Positions 41,741-55,397 of a DNA stretch of 64,000 nucleotides are shown piece by piece (position 1 is the first letter of the stretch; every line of letters starts with the position of its first letter). The translations under genes were made by a program, and so were the position numbers. The DNA comes from Styela clava (Eukaryota), in assembly GCF_964204865.1 (NCBI RefSeq), contig NC_135264.1, positions 13,702,001 to 13,766,000 of the forward strand, written 5' to 3'. The notes below the pieces were generated by a model. The model was not told the origin of the DNA. It did no database searches and saw only the letters and a program-made list of their open reading frames with translations.

Positions 41741-43969
41741 CCTACTAAAATCGCGATATGTTCCTACTGAAATGGCTATGTTTATTCGCTTTCTTCATCT
41801 TCGATTCTAACTATTGTTGAAATGCTTTCTAATCATCAGTGTTATGGCATTGATAGTATACTGTACACCCAGACCTTAAATACTTTCGAATCGTTACTCT
41901 GGATCTGAAGAACGAACTACAATGTGCAGCGACAATTGGTAGCCATTGTGGGATGGATTGACCATTAGCTCTCAGTAGCGATGGTCATTCGAATCGAATA
42001 TTCGAATTGAATCAAGTAGTAAATTATTCGAATCAGTTCAGCGCAAAATTTCGAATCCCCGCCATCTTGTTTTTTTTCTTTCCGCCAATGGTCGAGGTGA
42101 ATTTCTCAATTATTAAAGAGAGACTGCCAACGAAGTCAAAAATTGTCCTTGAATACCTGCGTTGATCTTGAGGGTGCAGTACTAGAGATTTCAAATTGTC
42201 ACACTGAAGAATCTGGAAATATTACTTTCACTAGGGTTTCTGCGCGGACTGACCAAAGCACTGCGCGAGGGCTGGCATGAGCTTCCGTTCGGTAATTTTT
42301 GGGGTATTTTAGAATTGTTGGAAATGTTCAAAAACAAAACAGTGAAAATTAGCCTTAGAATACTATCGGTAGAGAAGAACAACTGTTTTTTCATAATTGA
42401 ACACACCGAAAACATACGCGGATAAGAGAAAAAAATGAAGCAAAAAATCTTCGAAGACGATTGCGGAAGATGGGAACAAATCAATCACACCACCGCTTTG
42501 TATTTAATTAAAATTGACAAGGTTAAATACATATCTATAAAAAAAGTATTTTGAATAAGATCAGGTCACGGAAAACTTTCATATTTAGCTATTGAGCAAC
42601 AGCCCAAAACAAGTGAAATAAGGAGATTAGGACATTTCTTTATGCCCGGCAACTAGCCGGCTATGAACGACGAATTACGTGAATCTTATATCGACGGTTA
42701 CATTGGTATGAATGTGGAATGCAAGGGCATATTTCCTGGCCATGCACGGCATGAAAAAAAGAACACCCGCAGAGAACATGGAAAAAATATATCTAAATGT
42801 GAAGGCGTTACTGCATAAAAACTTTATTGTATTTATGTATCATAAAAATTACGCTGACGAGATATTAGAGGTCATTAACATGGCCCAAACAAACGAATTC
42901 GTACAAAAAGTAACCCACATTAAAATGGAATCAGTGTACGTAATTTTATTCTTCAAAGAGCACTTGAATCTGAAGCGTTTTTTCCTTGCTCAAGTAGAAC
43001 TATTCTTTTGAATGATAGAAATTATATTTTGGGACGAGTCTATGTCACAGCAATGTCATTGGTCACAGTTATCAAAAATCGTTCTTCCCTGTCATGTAAA
43101 TCAGGTGATCGGCCAATATTTTTGTTCCGATATTTTCACATCACAAATCGGACACATCCACATTTACAAAATTTCTGCTTATTCATAAAATCCAAACTTG
43201 GTAAAAAGTTAGATAACTTGGCCGTTTTACCGATGACGGATCGGTCTACTGTACACAATGCGACGAACATACACAATGCGTTCACATCTTCATTCCCGTA
43301 TTCAACTGATGTACTATGCAGCATACACATTGGGGGGAAATTCAATAAGTTATTTTGATGACAAGGTTTGCACCGACGAAAATCAGTTGTTAATCAAGAT
43401 TTCGGTTTTTTTTTCATTGCCAAAATTGAAACGAATTTGATTCTAAGACTGAGAAATCGCATACAAAGGTATTGTTGTTTTCCTCAAAAACAAGGTTTCT
43501 TTTTTTGAATAAAAATAATTTGGTAAATAAAGTCGCATACAAATGGATACCTGCGGACAAATGACGACAACGAGTAGCCTATCTCGTACTGAAATGCGTT
43601 GTCAGCTGGAGACAAAGTAAGCTTTCAGATTTAATTTCATGCTTGGTGATACTATCAAGTCATCGTATGCCAATGTAAAAATGGAACTGTTGAGCTACGG
43701 CCATACACGTTGTTTATACATACCATATGCCCGATTTTGTTGTCCGTATACATATGAATGCAAAAGATGGAAGTCGAGAGAAACAAAAACTTTAACACAT
43801 TATTTTACAACATGTTCAGAATTAGGCAGGGTATTTGAAATTTAGGAGGGTTATTGGGTTATTAATCCCCTATAGGGGGTTTAAGGAAATCACTGGACAT
43901 AGCCATTGTAGAACATAGCGGACATTGCCATTTAAGTAGAAACATAGCCGATATTGCCGTTTTAGTAGG
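41741..43969 (+). mobile_element. Decayed Mutator-like (MULE) DNA transposon with fragmented transposase
   Basis: Frameshifted fragments at ~42190-43360: NYADEILEVINMAQ..FVQKV, DRNYILGRVYVT...RPIFL and TDRS...NAF...FP...VLCSIH (CxxH, typical of MULE DDE transposases). Degenerate inverted repeats at 41741-41781 (CCTACTAAAA..TTCCTACTGAAATGGCTATGT) and ~43922-43969. Confidence 0.6.
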
Positions 43970-43976
43970 ACAATAT

Positions 43977-44794
43977 CGTCACGCTAATAACCGAATTGCG
44001 TAAGTCATTTTTAGCAGTTTTGAGAAAAGCGTAAAAAACTTCCTAATGATATTGTTATGCCATTGTGAGTCAATGATTTGCCATAGTTCAATTTTTTTAT
44101 CGTAGCCGGATTTAAATTAATTTGTATGACGCAGTTAAGTGACGTCATAATGGCGCACTGTGACTTAGGCAGAAATGTGTCTATGACTTGGGGACATACG
44201 CAATTTTGCAACTTTACTATATGCACCAGTCTTAAAAACTAAACATCCCAAAAACGAATGTAATTCTCAGTATCTACAATGTATAATCCCCAAAATAGCT
44301 AATCAGTTTCAATTACATTATTTTTTATGTTTAAAAATATATATTTCATCAATATAACACGTTCTGCACACCCACCGAAATAAGACTAAGATTAAATATA
44401 AAGAATAAAACAGCAATGCCCCCATTATAAAAGCCAACCAAGATGAACTGGACTCGGACAGTGAATATCACAAGTGTACGCCTTCCTATACTGTAGTATT
44501 AATTCAAATTAATACGCGCTAAGCTAGAATCCGAGATGCAAAAACTCGAAATTGCTTCGCCGAGGTTATTTTTCCCTTGTGGCGTCACAATAGTCCCGCG
44601 GTAACAATAATAATTCCTTATGACGAAACAATTGCACAAATGTGCATGTCATACTAAATCTCCATTTTTATGGGTTTCGGAATTCTTAAAATAAAATCTG
44701 AGGTAACAGGTACGCAGCACTACATTAATACCTATTTAATAAAAAACTCAAAATCGCCAAAAATGACTTACGCAATTCGGTTATTAGCGCGACG
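43977..44794. mobile_element. Non-autonomous TIR element (~820 bp) with ~45-bp terminal inverted repeats
   Basis: CGTCACGCTAATAACCGAATTGCGTAAGTCATTTTT at 43977 and its near-perfect reverse complement ending at 44794. No clear TSD. Confidence 0.75.
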
Positions 44795-45384
44795 CAGTGT
44801 CTGGTTTGATTTCAAGTAATATCTGTCACGAAAGAATATATTTTTGAAGCGCAATCAAACGCGAGATGCGGAAAATACAACGGTAATTCTCGGGAATTAA
44901 CTTTAAAATAACTGAAGGCTTTATATATATATATCTTCTTTAAAAGAACGCCACCCATGCCACATAATAATAGTCTGATTAGAAAGGTAAATTCTCGTTG
45001 TTTATTTAATTTAAAGTAAGTAAACTCGCGATATTTCGATCACTTTTGGGTTTTCTCCGACTTTCGGCCCGCGAGACCTCCTCAAAAGTTTTTGCGGTTC
45101 TTCAACCTAGCAACCTTGAACCACCTTGAGGTAGAACACTAAGTACCGGTAAAATTTCAAACTACAGTTGTGACCTATATACTTTGGTATTTTAATTCAC
45201 GTTGAGACTGGAGGCATGAATCTTTATTTTCACACTCCCTCATAATTAGAGCTCAACTGATTTTGCGCGTTTGTCGATATATCATAGAGACAGATATTTA
45301 CCATAGGTTGTGATTATTTTTAATGGATGATCCACTTATGTGGTTTATTATTTTTATAATTAAATAACACATAAGGGGGAATCA

Positions 45385-46040
45385 AAGTGCACATTTGCAC
45401 TCGCAGGTTTTTAGCACGCGCGGACGTTTACATCAATTAATGTTTGCTCCCCAGGTACATTTTTGCAGCCACAGATATTTGCACCCACGGACATTTGCAC
45501 CCACGGGTATTTGCAAGTGCGCAGGGGCACAAATTAACAAGACTGCAAATGTGTGAAGATTCAAGTGTATGTGAGTGCGAGTGTACTTGAATGCAATTAT
45601 ACGTGGGTTCAAATGTAAGTAGATGCAAATGTACATAAGAGCAAATGTACGTGCAAATTGACGCGGCTGGGTGCGAAAGTTGAAATGTACGCCGATGCAA
45701 ATATCCGTGGGTGCAAATGTCAATGGGGGCAAATGTACTTGGGTGCGAATGAACGTGGGTGCAAATGTACGTGGGTGCAAACGTCCATGATTGCAGATGT
45801 TGGTGGCTAAATATCCTTGGGTGAAAATGTTCATGGATGCAAGCGTCCCTGGTGCAAATTACGTTTATGCAAATGTACTGTACATGGGTCCGAATGTCCG
45901 TGGGTGCCAATGTACAATGGTTGCAAATGTTCATAGATGCAAATGCACGGTACGCGGGTGCTATCCGGATGCCTAAATTTGTGGGTGAAAATGTAAGAGC
46001 ACAAATTCCGTAGATGCGAAAGTATGCAGGTGCAAATGTT
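45385..46040. repeat. Degenerate ~15-16-bp minisatellite (GGGTGCAAATGTCCGT-like) with an internal strand switch
   Basis: ACATTTGCACCCACGG units up to ~45515, then dozens of GTGCAAATGT units in the opposite orientation. Confidence 0.85.
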
Positions 46041-46351
46041 CTTGTTCGTTGGTCGGTGCTTTACGCTTGTTCAAGCAAGGTTCCGATGTTCCACACTTCC
46101 ATGAGAATGTGCGTGTTCTTCTCCTCTAGTTCAGTGCAATGCAGAACCGATAGGGAAGACAATTTTAGTAGTGACATAGCATTTTGATGAAGACATTACC
46201 ACGGGGTAAGTAAGTAAAAGTTTATTTCGATTTTCCAATACAACAAAACAATACATGGCAAAACAAACAAATGTACGGAAAATCAGGAAAGTGGGCAAAA
46301 TCTAAAAAAGATTCAAGACGTGCTGGTGCACGTGCCCACTTACCCCAAACA

Positions 46352-46500
46352 GCAAACAACACATTGAGATAAATTGAAAAAAAGGAACACGGAAGATAAT
46401 TCGGGCGTAAATACTTGGCTGAGGATGTGGCAAACAACACATTGAAGTAAATTGAAAAAAAAAGGAACACGAAAGATAATTCGGGCGTAAATACTTGGGT
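46352..46500. repeat. ~78-bp tandem duplication
   Basis: GCAAACAACACATTGA...GATAATTCGGGCGTAAATACTTGG occurs twice. Confidence 0.85.
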
Positions 46501-47907
46501 GTGGGTGTGGAGTTTTATAATGGAGCGTAATTTCTACTATATCTGTACATATAAATAACGAGAATTGTAGAACATAAACAAACAAGCAGTGCGCAATATG
46601 TGGTAATTAATTTGATTACAAACGCACTCAACTAATAGTCTACCGGACGATAAACAACAAGGATAAAAGCACCATAAAAGAAAACAACAACAAACGAAGT
46701 AAAATATGACAAGAGCATTGCCCTGGCGTTACAACTTCAGTTTTAATCAAAATTCATGTGCTTAGTGTAAGTAGTATTTTTTATGCAATCTACCTTCAAA
46801 TATTCGTTACATTTGACTGTTCATGTTTTTCCCAGCTTCGACCAGTTTTCCATGATAAACTCCACGCATGGCCCAGCATGATCTGATACGAACTGATCCA
46901 TATCGTATCAGTACTGTAACCGACAACATCGTTTTGATTTAAGTTTGTATGTATCTTCTCAGTAGGTTTTATATTCGTCTAATTTCCAAGTTTTCGTCCA
47001 AATATTTCCTACTCCAGTATTCCACCGTTGATGTTTTACGTCCGCACCCGACGGCGGTCTCAACAGATAGGGTAGGGTTTTAGAATTTTATTAGGGACAT
47101 GTCGGACGTTAAACGTCACATTTAAAGCTCTATTCGGTCACGCATGTCACAGAATGTTTTTATCTCGGGGCCTAGATACCGGTACCTAGTTTACCGGTGT
47201 AGGCCTAATTAGTTTAATATTATTAGAATTGCAATGTTGGTTTTTGATCAGCAAACATGAAAAGGCCAAGTGTATTTTATATTTCAGTATAAATATATAA
47301 ATATTCAGCAAATATGTTAAATATACAAGACAATATGTTCAGATGTTTGATCTTCTCAAATTTTCATTAACGTTATATTTACATTTAATTATTTTTCTTT
47401 TTCACGCTTTACCAAACAAATTATAAATTGATATCTTAAATTATAAGCTACAAAGTTATTTCTATTTCTGTATTTATTGAAATTCAAACTTCTTAACTTG
47501 CAACTGAAAGAACATGTCTCAGACATTGACATGGCAGTAGGAACTGATAAATGTCCATAAACCAAATAACTGCATAAGGACTGAAGGACCTAACTTACTT
47601 GACCAGGTATTATAATTCTGTTGGTTTGGTTATATTATCTTCCTTTTTTATAGGCCTGGAATTTTAGTGTTGATGGCATTTTGTTTTGGCAGTTTTTTCA
47701 TTTTTAATATTTCAGTATTTGGGTTATATGATATGTTACAAGTAATGTCTCAAAGAAGGTTTAAATTGGAAATTTAAGGGAAATAAAATTTTTAATTTTC
47801 TATAAGTGATATATTTATTAAACAACTGTTTTACAGAAGCGAATTTATTATTTTACAGAGCCGACTCATCCATCTGTCCATCAATTTCAAAATATCTGAC
47901 TTCGGGT

Positions 47908-50900
47908 ATGGAGTTACAAAGCGTCTTGCGTATCAGAATGTGCCAAAAGTTGTGGCTGCAACATAACATACAAAAATGTAGCTTTAGTACATGTGCTTCA
48001 CTTTGGCTTAGACAACCTATTAAAAGCAAACGCAGAGTTGTTTTTAGTAGCCCATTGGCAGCTAAAGCACAAAAGCCGATATATCCTCGAGATACTAAAG
48101 AAGTTTTTTTAGCACAGAGACGAAGACCACAATGGGGTTAGTTATTTCTACTTGTAGTAAAAGAATTTCATCATAATTATAATTATTGAAACACTCTATT
48201 GAAACACTATTTTCATCACATGTTTACTACAAAGTGTTCAATATTTCTTTTCTGTGTAGATTTTCCACTGGGAGATGATCAGCGTGCCAGTTGGAAACAT
48301 AAACAATGGTATGATCCATACTTCGATAAATGGGTACCAAATTTTATTCCCCCAAAAATGAAAACTTTTTCTCTTTATAAAAAAAATAAAAGAGGAATTA
48401 TTGAAGATCAAGAAACAGTGAGTGTGATATTATTTTGTTTTTTATATATTTTACATTAACTAGGACAGGATCTCCTTATTTGTCTTCGTGGAATGGGAGC
48501 CGATTAGACGACTTTTATGGTGAACCGCCACTCTTTCTGTTACCATACCATGTTGAAATATGGGAGCATTTTACTGGCGATTCAATTCAAACGCATTAAC
48601 TTGAGGGTGTAAGAAGCCGTGACCAACCAGCAGTAACATGAATCTCTAAAGGGTTTTAGGAAATCTAGCAAATACAATATTTTTGCATCATATTATCTCC
48701 AACATGATTGAAATCTGCAAGCCATTCCAGATAATTAGAAAAACTGTTATCTTTGCCACTACGCCCGAGTGTCCCTCACTTCACAACCCATTACCTTTAC
48801 AACACTTCAAGTTTATCAAACAGATGTGTTTAATCAATGGACCCACACAATGAAAATTTGGACCTCCTGAAGTATGCGCACCAAGATGGCACACAACCTG
48901 AACTCAGGTTGTGTACCAGGTTAGGGTTCAGGTTATGCGGCATCTTGGTGCGCATACTTCAGGAGTACCGAAAATTCAATTGTAACTGCACTATAAACTT
49001 ATTTTATAATACCAATTAAAATATACCACACCAATAAACTTTCTAATCTATGAGATCAAATCATGTTTGTTTCTTTGTCATGCAAACAGGACTGACTTCT
49101 TTAACATCTTACCATGCCTGACTATTTCCAAATAGAGTTTTAAATATGTCATGGTCACGTCTGCCATGCCCTAGTAAAATTTCTAAATCCCTACTTCGTG
49201 GTATTGTCATCATTAAAATTGGAAACTATTGTTTCCAACGGTTTGTTTTGCACCATGTAGAAGTAAAATAGATTTATAGTTACTTTTACTCCATTTCACA
49301 TTTTTTTACCTCACTGCCTCATTTTTTTGCAGCTGGAAAACAAATTTAAGCTTCTACTTGACCATGATCGTAAAGCAAAATATATTATTCCACCTTTGAA
49401 TATGGAATTTACAAGGAACGCATCTTATTATTATCAACATTTAACGCACACTAAGTTTGTTCATGGAATGCCATACAATATAGAGTCTATGCAACTTGAG
49501 GATTCTGTCATAGAAAATTTTGAGAGTTTCTTAACAACGGCAATACAATTGGAGACTCATTTTAGCAAGAAATCATCAGTTGAAAAGGTTGGACATAAAG
49601 CCGGCTATTCTGTTAATTTTACTAATTTTATTACTCTTCAATTTTGTTGTTACCATCACTAATCTATGGATGTTTTAAAGTGAGGATATCATTGTCTAAT
49701 TTAGTGTTTCTTAACTGATACACAATAAGAAAAATTTCATATTTGTTATATAATTTATTTATATTTTACAAAAATAATGCCATTCTCATAGTATCTTGAT
49801 ATTATCATGGTAATATGTTAATGTTTGATGAAAATATTTTCTCGTTTATTATTTATAACTTCAAACATTTAGAATAGGTAACATAGTTAATAGTGATTTG
49901 TTTGAGATGCATCGACTTGAAGTTGAAGAAAACCATAAATGACCAGCGGTTACATGAAACAAACTTATGACGGCGAGAAATTCCTCCAACAATCCTCTTG
50001 CACATTATTATCCCCCCAGAGGTTTCAATACTCTGAACATGTGCAGGGCAATCAGAGATATGATGGCAAACATATTCCCAACAATGAGCTTGTCGTTGAG
50101 TCTTAAAATTTTTATTGTTATTACAGAGTCGGAAACAAAGAGCTGACAGACTTCTTTCCAATATTGTACAATATTTAATGGATATAACTTCATCGCAACG
50201 TATTTTTGAAGGTTGTGAATTGGACCGTAACCCAGAAAATTCAATGTTCTGGCAAAAAGGCCGAGGTTTCCATAAATATACAATGAGAGATGATTTACCT
50301 ATTACATTTCAATCACACGACAACCCTTTGTATCAGGTTTGTCACATATCCTACATATGTCTTGATTTTTTTAGCTTGGTCTATTTTAGTGGAGCCTGTG
50401 GAGTGGACATGATCTTTCCCAACTGAACCCCCACTAATCGCATTTAAGACCTGCCGAAAACGTAACTGTGAAAATTAAGAATAGTAGAAATAGAATATAT
50501 TAAAAATAGAAAATAGTAATGTTTATCTCGACTATTTTGCATCACTAAATTCAATGAATTCAACAATGTAATGTTCTACCACGATTTCTTCACAGAAAAA
50601 ATGCCAGGGAAAGTAAGTTATTGTCTCCCTTATTCGATATATTTCAGTCCGAAGCTATTGATAAGCTAACTTCAGAAAATAGGCCAAACCACTCATCGAA
50701 GCCGCCCCCAAAAAATCAGACTGAAAAATTGGGACTAAAAACGACTTATTAGCTCAAAAATATGATATTTACTCTTCAATTCATTTTTTGTTAAGATTCG
50801 AACACAGAAACCACTCAACGAATTTACTCCGTGGATGGAAGAATTCATGTTGAGTGGAGAAATACCATTTCCTGATGATGACATAATTCCAAGTTGCTAT

Positions 50901-53900
50901 AGGTTATTTAAAAAACATTATAGGAACACTGTCACACCAGGTATATATCAGCTTTGAAGTGGAATCTTCTAAAAAACAATTTTTTGAGCAGACTGAGCAT
51001 CTGCAATTTTATTCAAAATGACTCTCTCGAGTTACTGATGGCTTTATTTGTAGTGAAGGTGAGGGGAGTGCATCATGGTTCTCCATCGAGGGGGCCACAG
51101 AGTAGTTGGAGAGGGCCAAAAGGGGGGGCATGAGGGCTAAAAGCCCTCGGACAGGGACCCAAAGCCATTATAAATTGGGAACCACTGGTATAAAATATTT
51201 GAAAAAATAATTTTATCTGTGAATGTAACATGTACCATATGTGAACATACATGAGTACATTTGTTTTCTGATTTTATATATAATTTTTTTTTTGCAGGAT
51301 TCCGATACCAAGCTGGTGAACTTCCATTAAATTATCAAGAAGCATTAGAAGAAAACAAACTCCTTGATCTTCCCCCGCCTATAACTGATCCATGTCAATT
51401 CGGGCATACACAGTTTATATCATTACCAGAAAGGTAGAATTGTCAAAAAATATTCTGCTATATTGTATAACAACTCGCGAACCTTCATGCTAGGGGGAAT
51501 CATTTTTGTTCAAGATAAGCAGGAACAAGCGTCTAGCACAGTGTTTCCCAACCCAAAATTGGGTCGTCTGAAAATTTTCTTGGGATGCTTCTCGCTTGTT
51601 TTATCAACAAAATCCAAAAAGTTACTGATTTTTTTTTTTAGTAAATGGTATTTGTATTCAAATGTTGCTTAATAGTATATGCGGAAAGTATCACAATGTA
51701 AAAACTTGCTTAGGAAAAGCCACACCTCGATTCCAAAAACCTGCTTATGGCAAATAAGCTAATCTTTCCTACTTTGAGTTTTGTTTTATATCAGTCATTT
51801 CATTTTGTGACCCTAAAAGTTCTACATGTCGCCTAGTATCCCTGGGTCGCGAGCATATCCTTTTATTGATACAGCTTCAATCGAGACTGGTACAAAGCCA
51901 ACTTGGAGCATTGTGACATCACAGAAGAAATAGAAGAGCATATGAAAGCCCATGGAATAATGAGCGGATGGACTTGGTCTGCTCCTGTGGCTTATTATAT
52001 GGGACATTGGATGGATAATGACATCACAAAACCAATATGCGTACAGGTATTTAGTTTGTAATGATTCGTTGTTGGAAAAAATGTCAAATACTCCTCAGTT
52101 ATTGTTTGCATAGCGATATTATTTTTGTGAACAGAGTATCTTTTTTACTCAAAATAACTATCTTTATACATGCTTGTAGCATGTCTTATTGTTAATATTT
52201 AAGTTTAGCTTTGTAATACTGCTCTTTAGTTAGCTACTATATAATAATTATTGTATAAAGTATAAAAAAGGAAAATACATCTTTTTAAAGTCATTTATTG
52301 GGTATAAAAATTTTTCCCCGTTCGTGGTAATTATTGTAGCTGACTGAAAAGGCTTAAAAATACTTACTGGGATGTAAGAATTGAGTGTTTCGGGGCTTCA
52401 TCGTAAAAAAATTTGACATTTCAATTTGAGTAAAAATGCATTTGGTTCCTTGGAGACTTGAAATGAAACTAAGTAACTAAGCCTAATCATATGGCAAACC
52501 ATGGCCTTCCATCCGGTTACCAGTCCATGTTGGGTATGGGATTAGTAAGCCAGTTAATTCTTTCGGCATTGACTTCATGGTGGAAGACGGCCGTAAGGAA
52601 ATCTTTATATTTTTCTCTTGCATATTATAGCCACTTAACCACTGAATTATTTTTAGACAGTTATTACTGATGGAGAATATATCTCATTCTTCTGTTATCA
52701 ACTCAATACTGTTGCTATTGATCCGGAAAATTTGGATGAAAAAATCCACGAGAAGAGAAATATTTGTTATGGAACACCAATGATGAGGGTAAAGTATTTT
52801 CACCAGTATTTTTGCTCTTTCTTTGTAAAATAACAGTAATTGGTGAAATCCTAATTGAAAAAGTTGACTGTTTAATTAAGGATGTCCCTATGAGTGTCTA
52901 ATTGTCAATATTGATATAATATCGATCGAAAATCCACTGGGAGAAACTAAGAGAAGTGGAGTCTGCCGGGCCATACATGCAACAATATTCTAATATTCAT
53001 TCCCTCAAAAAAGCAAATCAAATTGCACTTGTTCAAAAAAATATAAAGTCTTGCTAGTCAGTAAGGTTAATAGATAGAGATGAGATTCAAAGTTGTATTG
53101 TTGAACAGGTTCTTATTTGAATCAAACTTGCTAAAAACAGCTTCCCTTATATCAAAAACTATTCATAACTTACAGCTACATAACAATACAATAACACAAC
53201 AATATGAAAACAAATTGAACATTATATTTGCTAATGCAGTGGTTCTCAAACTTTTTGGTATTGTGACGCCCTCCAAAAATATGCACAGGTTGCGACTCCC
53301 CATAAAAAACGCCTTGATACCTTTCAATAAAAGTCATTTTTTCGCAATGAGTTTTTAGACAAATGATCAAAATATAACGATAGTCAGTGAAATCGCATTC
53401 AATGGGATGGGTGAATTTGATTCTTTTTACAAATGTCCTTAAACCTCGGTGTGAATTTTGAAAGAGCCGCACGCAATTTCCGCACAACTTGGACTCGAGA
53501 TTGATATTTCATGTAGCAGGTAGTATAAGTTCTTCAGCAATTGTATGAATTTTTTTACATTTGGCAATACGATTTGTAATTAAATAGGATTCTGATAAAG
53601 CCTTGATTCCACGCTTTTTGTTGCAACTGAGAATGCGATGTTACTAATTGCCGTTCAAACTTATTGGTTAACATGCTTTCACTAAAATCTTGCAGCTTTC
53701 CCTTGCCATTTTGTTAAACAGAAGAGAATCCAAAGTAGCTTTTATTATACTTGTGAATCTTCTTTTTGGAGTTTTCTTGTTCAGTATCATATTTACACAT
53801 GTACATTTGTGTACACTTGCACCTGATATTTCCATGTTTATAAAAGGATTAGAAATGAATTGCATGCATGGCTCAAGCTGATTCAGTCTGTGTGTTGTCA

Positions 53901-55255
53901 TAATTGGAACAGTATTGAATGAACATTACTAAGATCAAATATAAAAAAGAATGATCGTTACAATATTTAGTATATCTCCAGTTCTTACGCGTGACTCGAG
54001 CGGGAATAGCGACAATTTAGACTTTTTCTATGCACCACGTGTACAGTTCTGCAAAAGAATAATGGTTTTGCGACGCCCTAGCATTTATGAAACGACGTAC
54101 TGGGGCGTCGCGACACCCAGTTTGAGAACCACGATGCTAATGCATTTACCTCCAAGCATGCTGCATCAACACGATACACTGACTTACCACAGTGTGTGTG
54201 GTTACAACACACCTAATATTATGCTGTCAGTTGTGGTGCATGTTACTGCAGTTGTCTAACTTCTAAAACAAGAACAAGTTCGCTAATTATCACCAAATTT
54301 CTAAAAACTCTTACTTAATATTATCACTGGTGACAGCCCCAGGAAAGTAATTCTTGTGAGGAATCAGTTTTAGTAATGTGCAATTTACTACTTGGCTATT
54401 CAGAAACTATTTGTGCTACAATACTATTTTAAGCATGATGTTAATTACTATTTTTCTTTTTTGTCTTTTTCACAGCTTTATAATAAAGTTGAAGGCACCG
54501 ATGATGTTCAATTGTATCGTGATGTAACAACTTTACTTTTAAAATTCATTCATAATGGTTGTGATAATAAGGCAGCAAATATTGATGATGTTATCGAACA
54601 CAATAAGTCTTTAGAAGTTCAAGAATTTGATTTGGAGAAGTAAGATGATTTTTTTTTTATAACGTGTTCTTTTTGATAAATGAGCAGGTGGAGTCAGAGA
54701 TTGATAATAAAGAGTTGGAATTAAGATGATGGAGTCGCCTTTTGAAAATAGCAGATTCCATGTCCACCTCAACTAGTGTAATAAAATCAGCTAGGCCAGG
54801 GCTTCCCAAACTTTAAGCTTGCGACACCCAATATATTGAAATTTTTGCGACCCTTGTTAAGTCGGCATTGTTATGCAAGCGTTTTGTCCTTCAGGCATTG
54901 CCATCAAAGTCGGCATTGATATGCAAGCGCGTCGCTTCTCTGATCGAAATCTCGAAACTGAGATTTATATTTTGCACTAGTTTTAATAATTGTGCTTCGA
55001 ATGAAAAGTTCATAAAAGTATAATGGATATAGTATGAAATAGGTGTAATCTCAGTAATTTTGAAATGAAATGACAACATTAACGCTGTTTTAAGGTAATA
55101 ATATCTTTTTTTCTAGTCCGTTGATTGAGTTGCAGAAACCAAAGCATGTTCGGGAAAAGGAAGAACGGGAAGCTGTACTCCAAATAGCGAGACAGGAAGA
55201 AATTGCTCGAAATAAGAATTTGAAGGACAAAGTAATTGATTGGGTGAAAGGATGA
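47908..55255 (+). CDS. MRPS30: Mitoribosomal protein mL65 (MRPS30/PDCD9), ~579 aa, 10 exons: 47908-48136, 48260-48417, 49333-49587, 50127-50336, 50796-50940, 51298-51433, 51875-52046, 52657-52788, 54476-54639, 55117-55255
   Basis: Motifs [69 protein letters not shown] and KRNICYGT match MRPS30 ([27 protein letters not shown]; recalled). A mitochondrial presequence-like N-terminus is present and the frame closes (1740 nt). Confidence 0.88.
48860..48969. mobile_element. Short Merlin-like MITE (family B derivative, ~110 bp)
   Basis: TIRs CTCCTGAAGTATGCGCACCAAGATG / CATCTTGGTGCGCATACTTCAGGAG. TSD GAAAATTT/GAAAATTC. Confidence 0.8.
53237..54134 (-). mobile_element. hAT (Buster/Charlie-type) deletion derivative in MRPS30 intron 8
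   Basis: TIRs CAGTGGTTCTCAAAC...GTTTGAGAACCAC and 8-bp TSD TGCTAATG on both sides. Minus-strand transposase remnant KALSESYLITNRIAKCKKIHTIAEELILPA at ~53515-53605. Confidence 0.85.
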
Positions 55256-55287
55256 CGGGAGAGAATCTAGTTTGAGGAGAGTACGAG

Positions 55288-55397
55288 TCTTGTTTATCAA
55301 TCATTCGACACACTACTACCTTCGGATTTCAGTTCCAAATATGGTCTTGTTCATCAATCATTCGCTACGCAACTCCTTTGGATAACAGTTCCAAATC
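55288..55397. repeat. ~57-bp tandem duplication in the MRPS30 3' UTR
   Basis: TCTTGTT.ATCAATCATTCG...GGAT..CAGTTCCAAAT occurs twice. Confidence 0.7.

Noticed and set aside
45433-45976. His/Cys-rich 133-165-aa ORFs
   Set aside because: They are translations of a minisatellite with no protein-family features.
47908-55255. Assignment as MRPL37
   Set aside because: Same family, but DPCxxGHTQF, GxWxxxDxTxP and [16 protein letters not shown] fit MRPS30/mL65 better.
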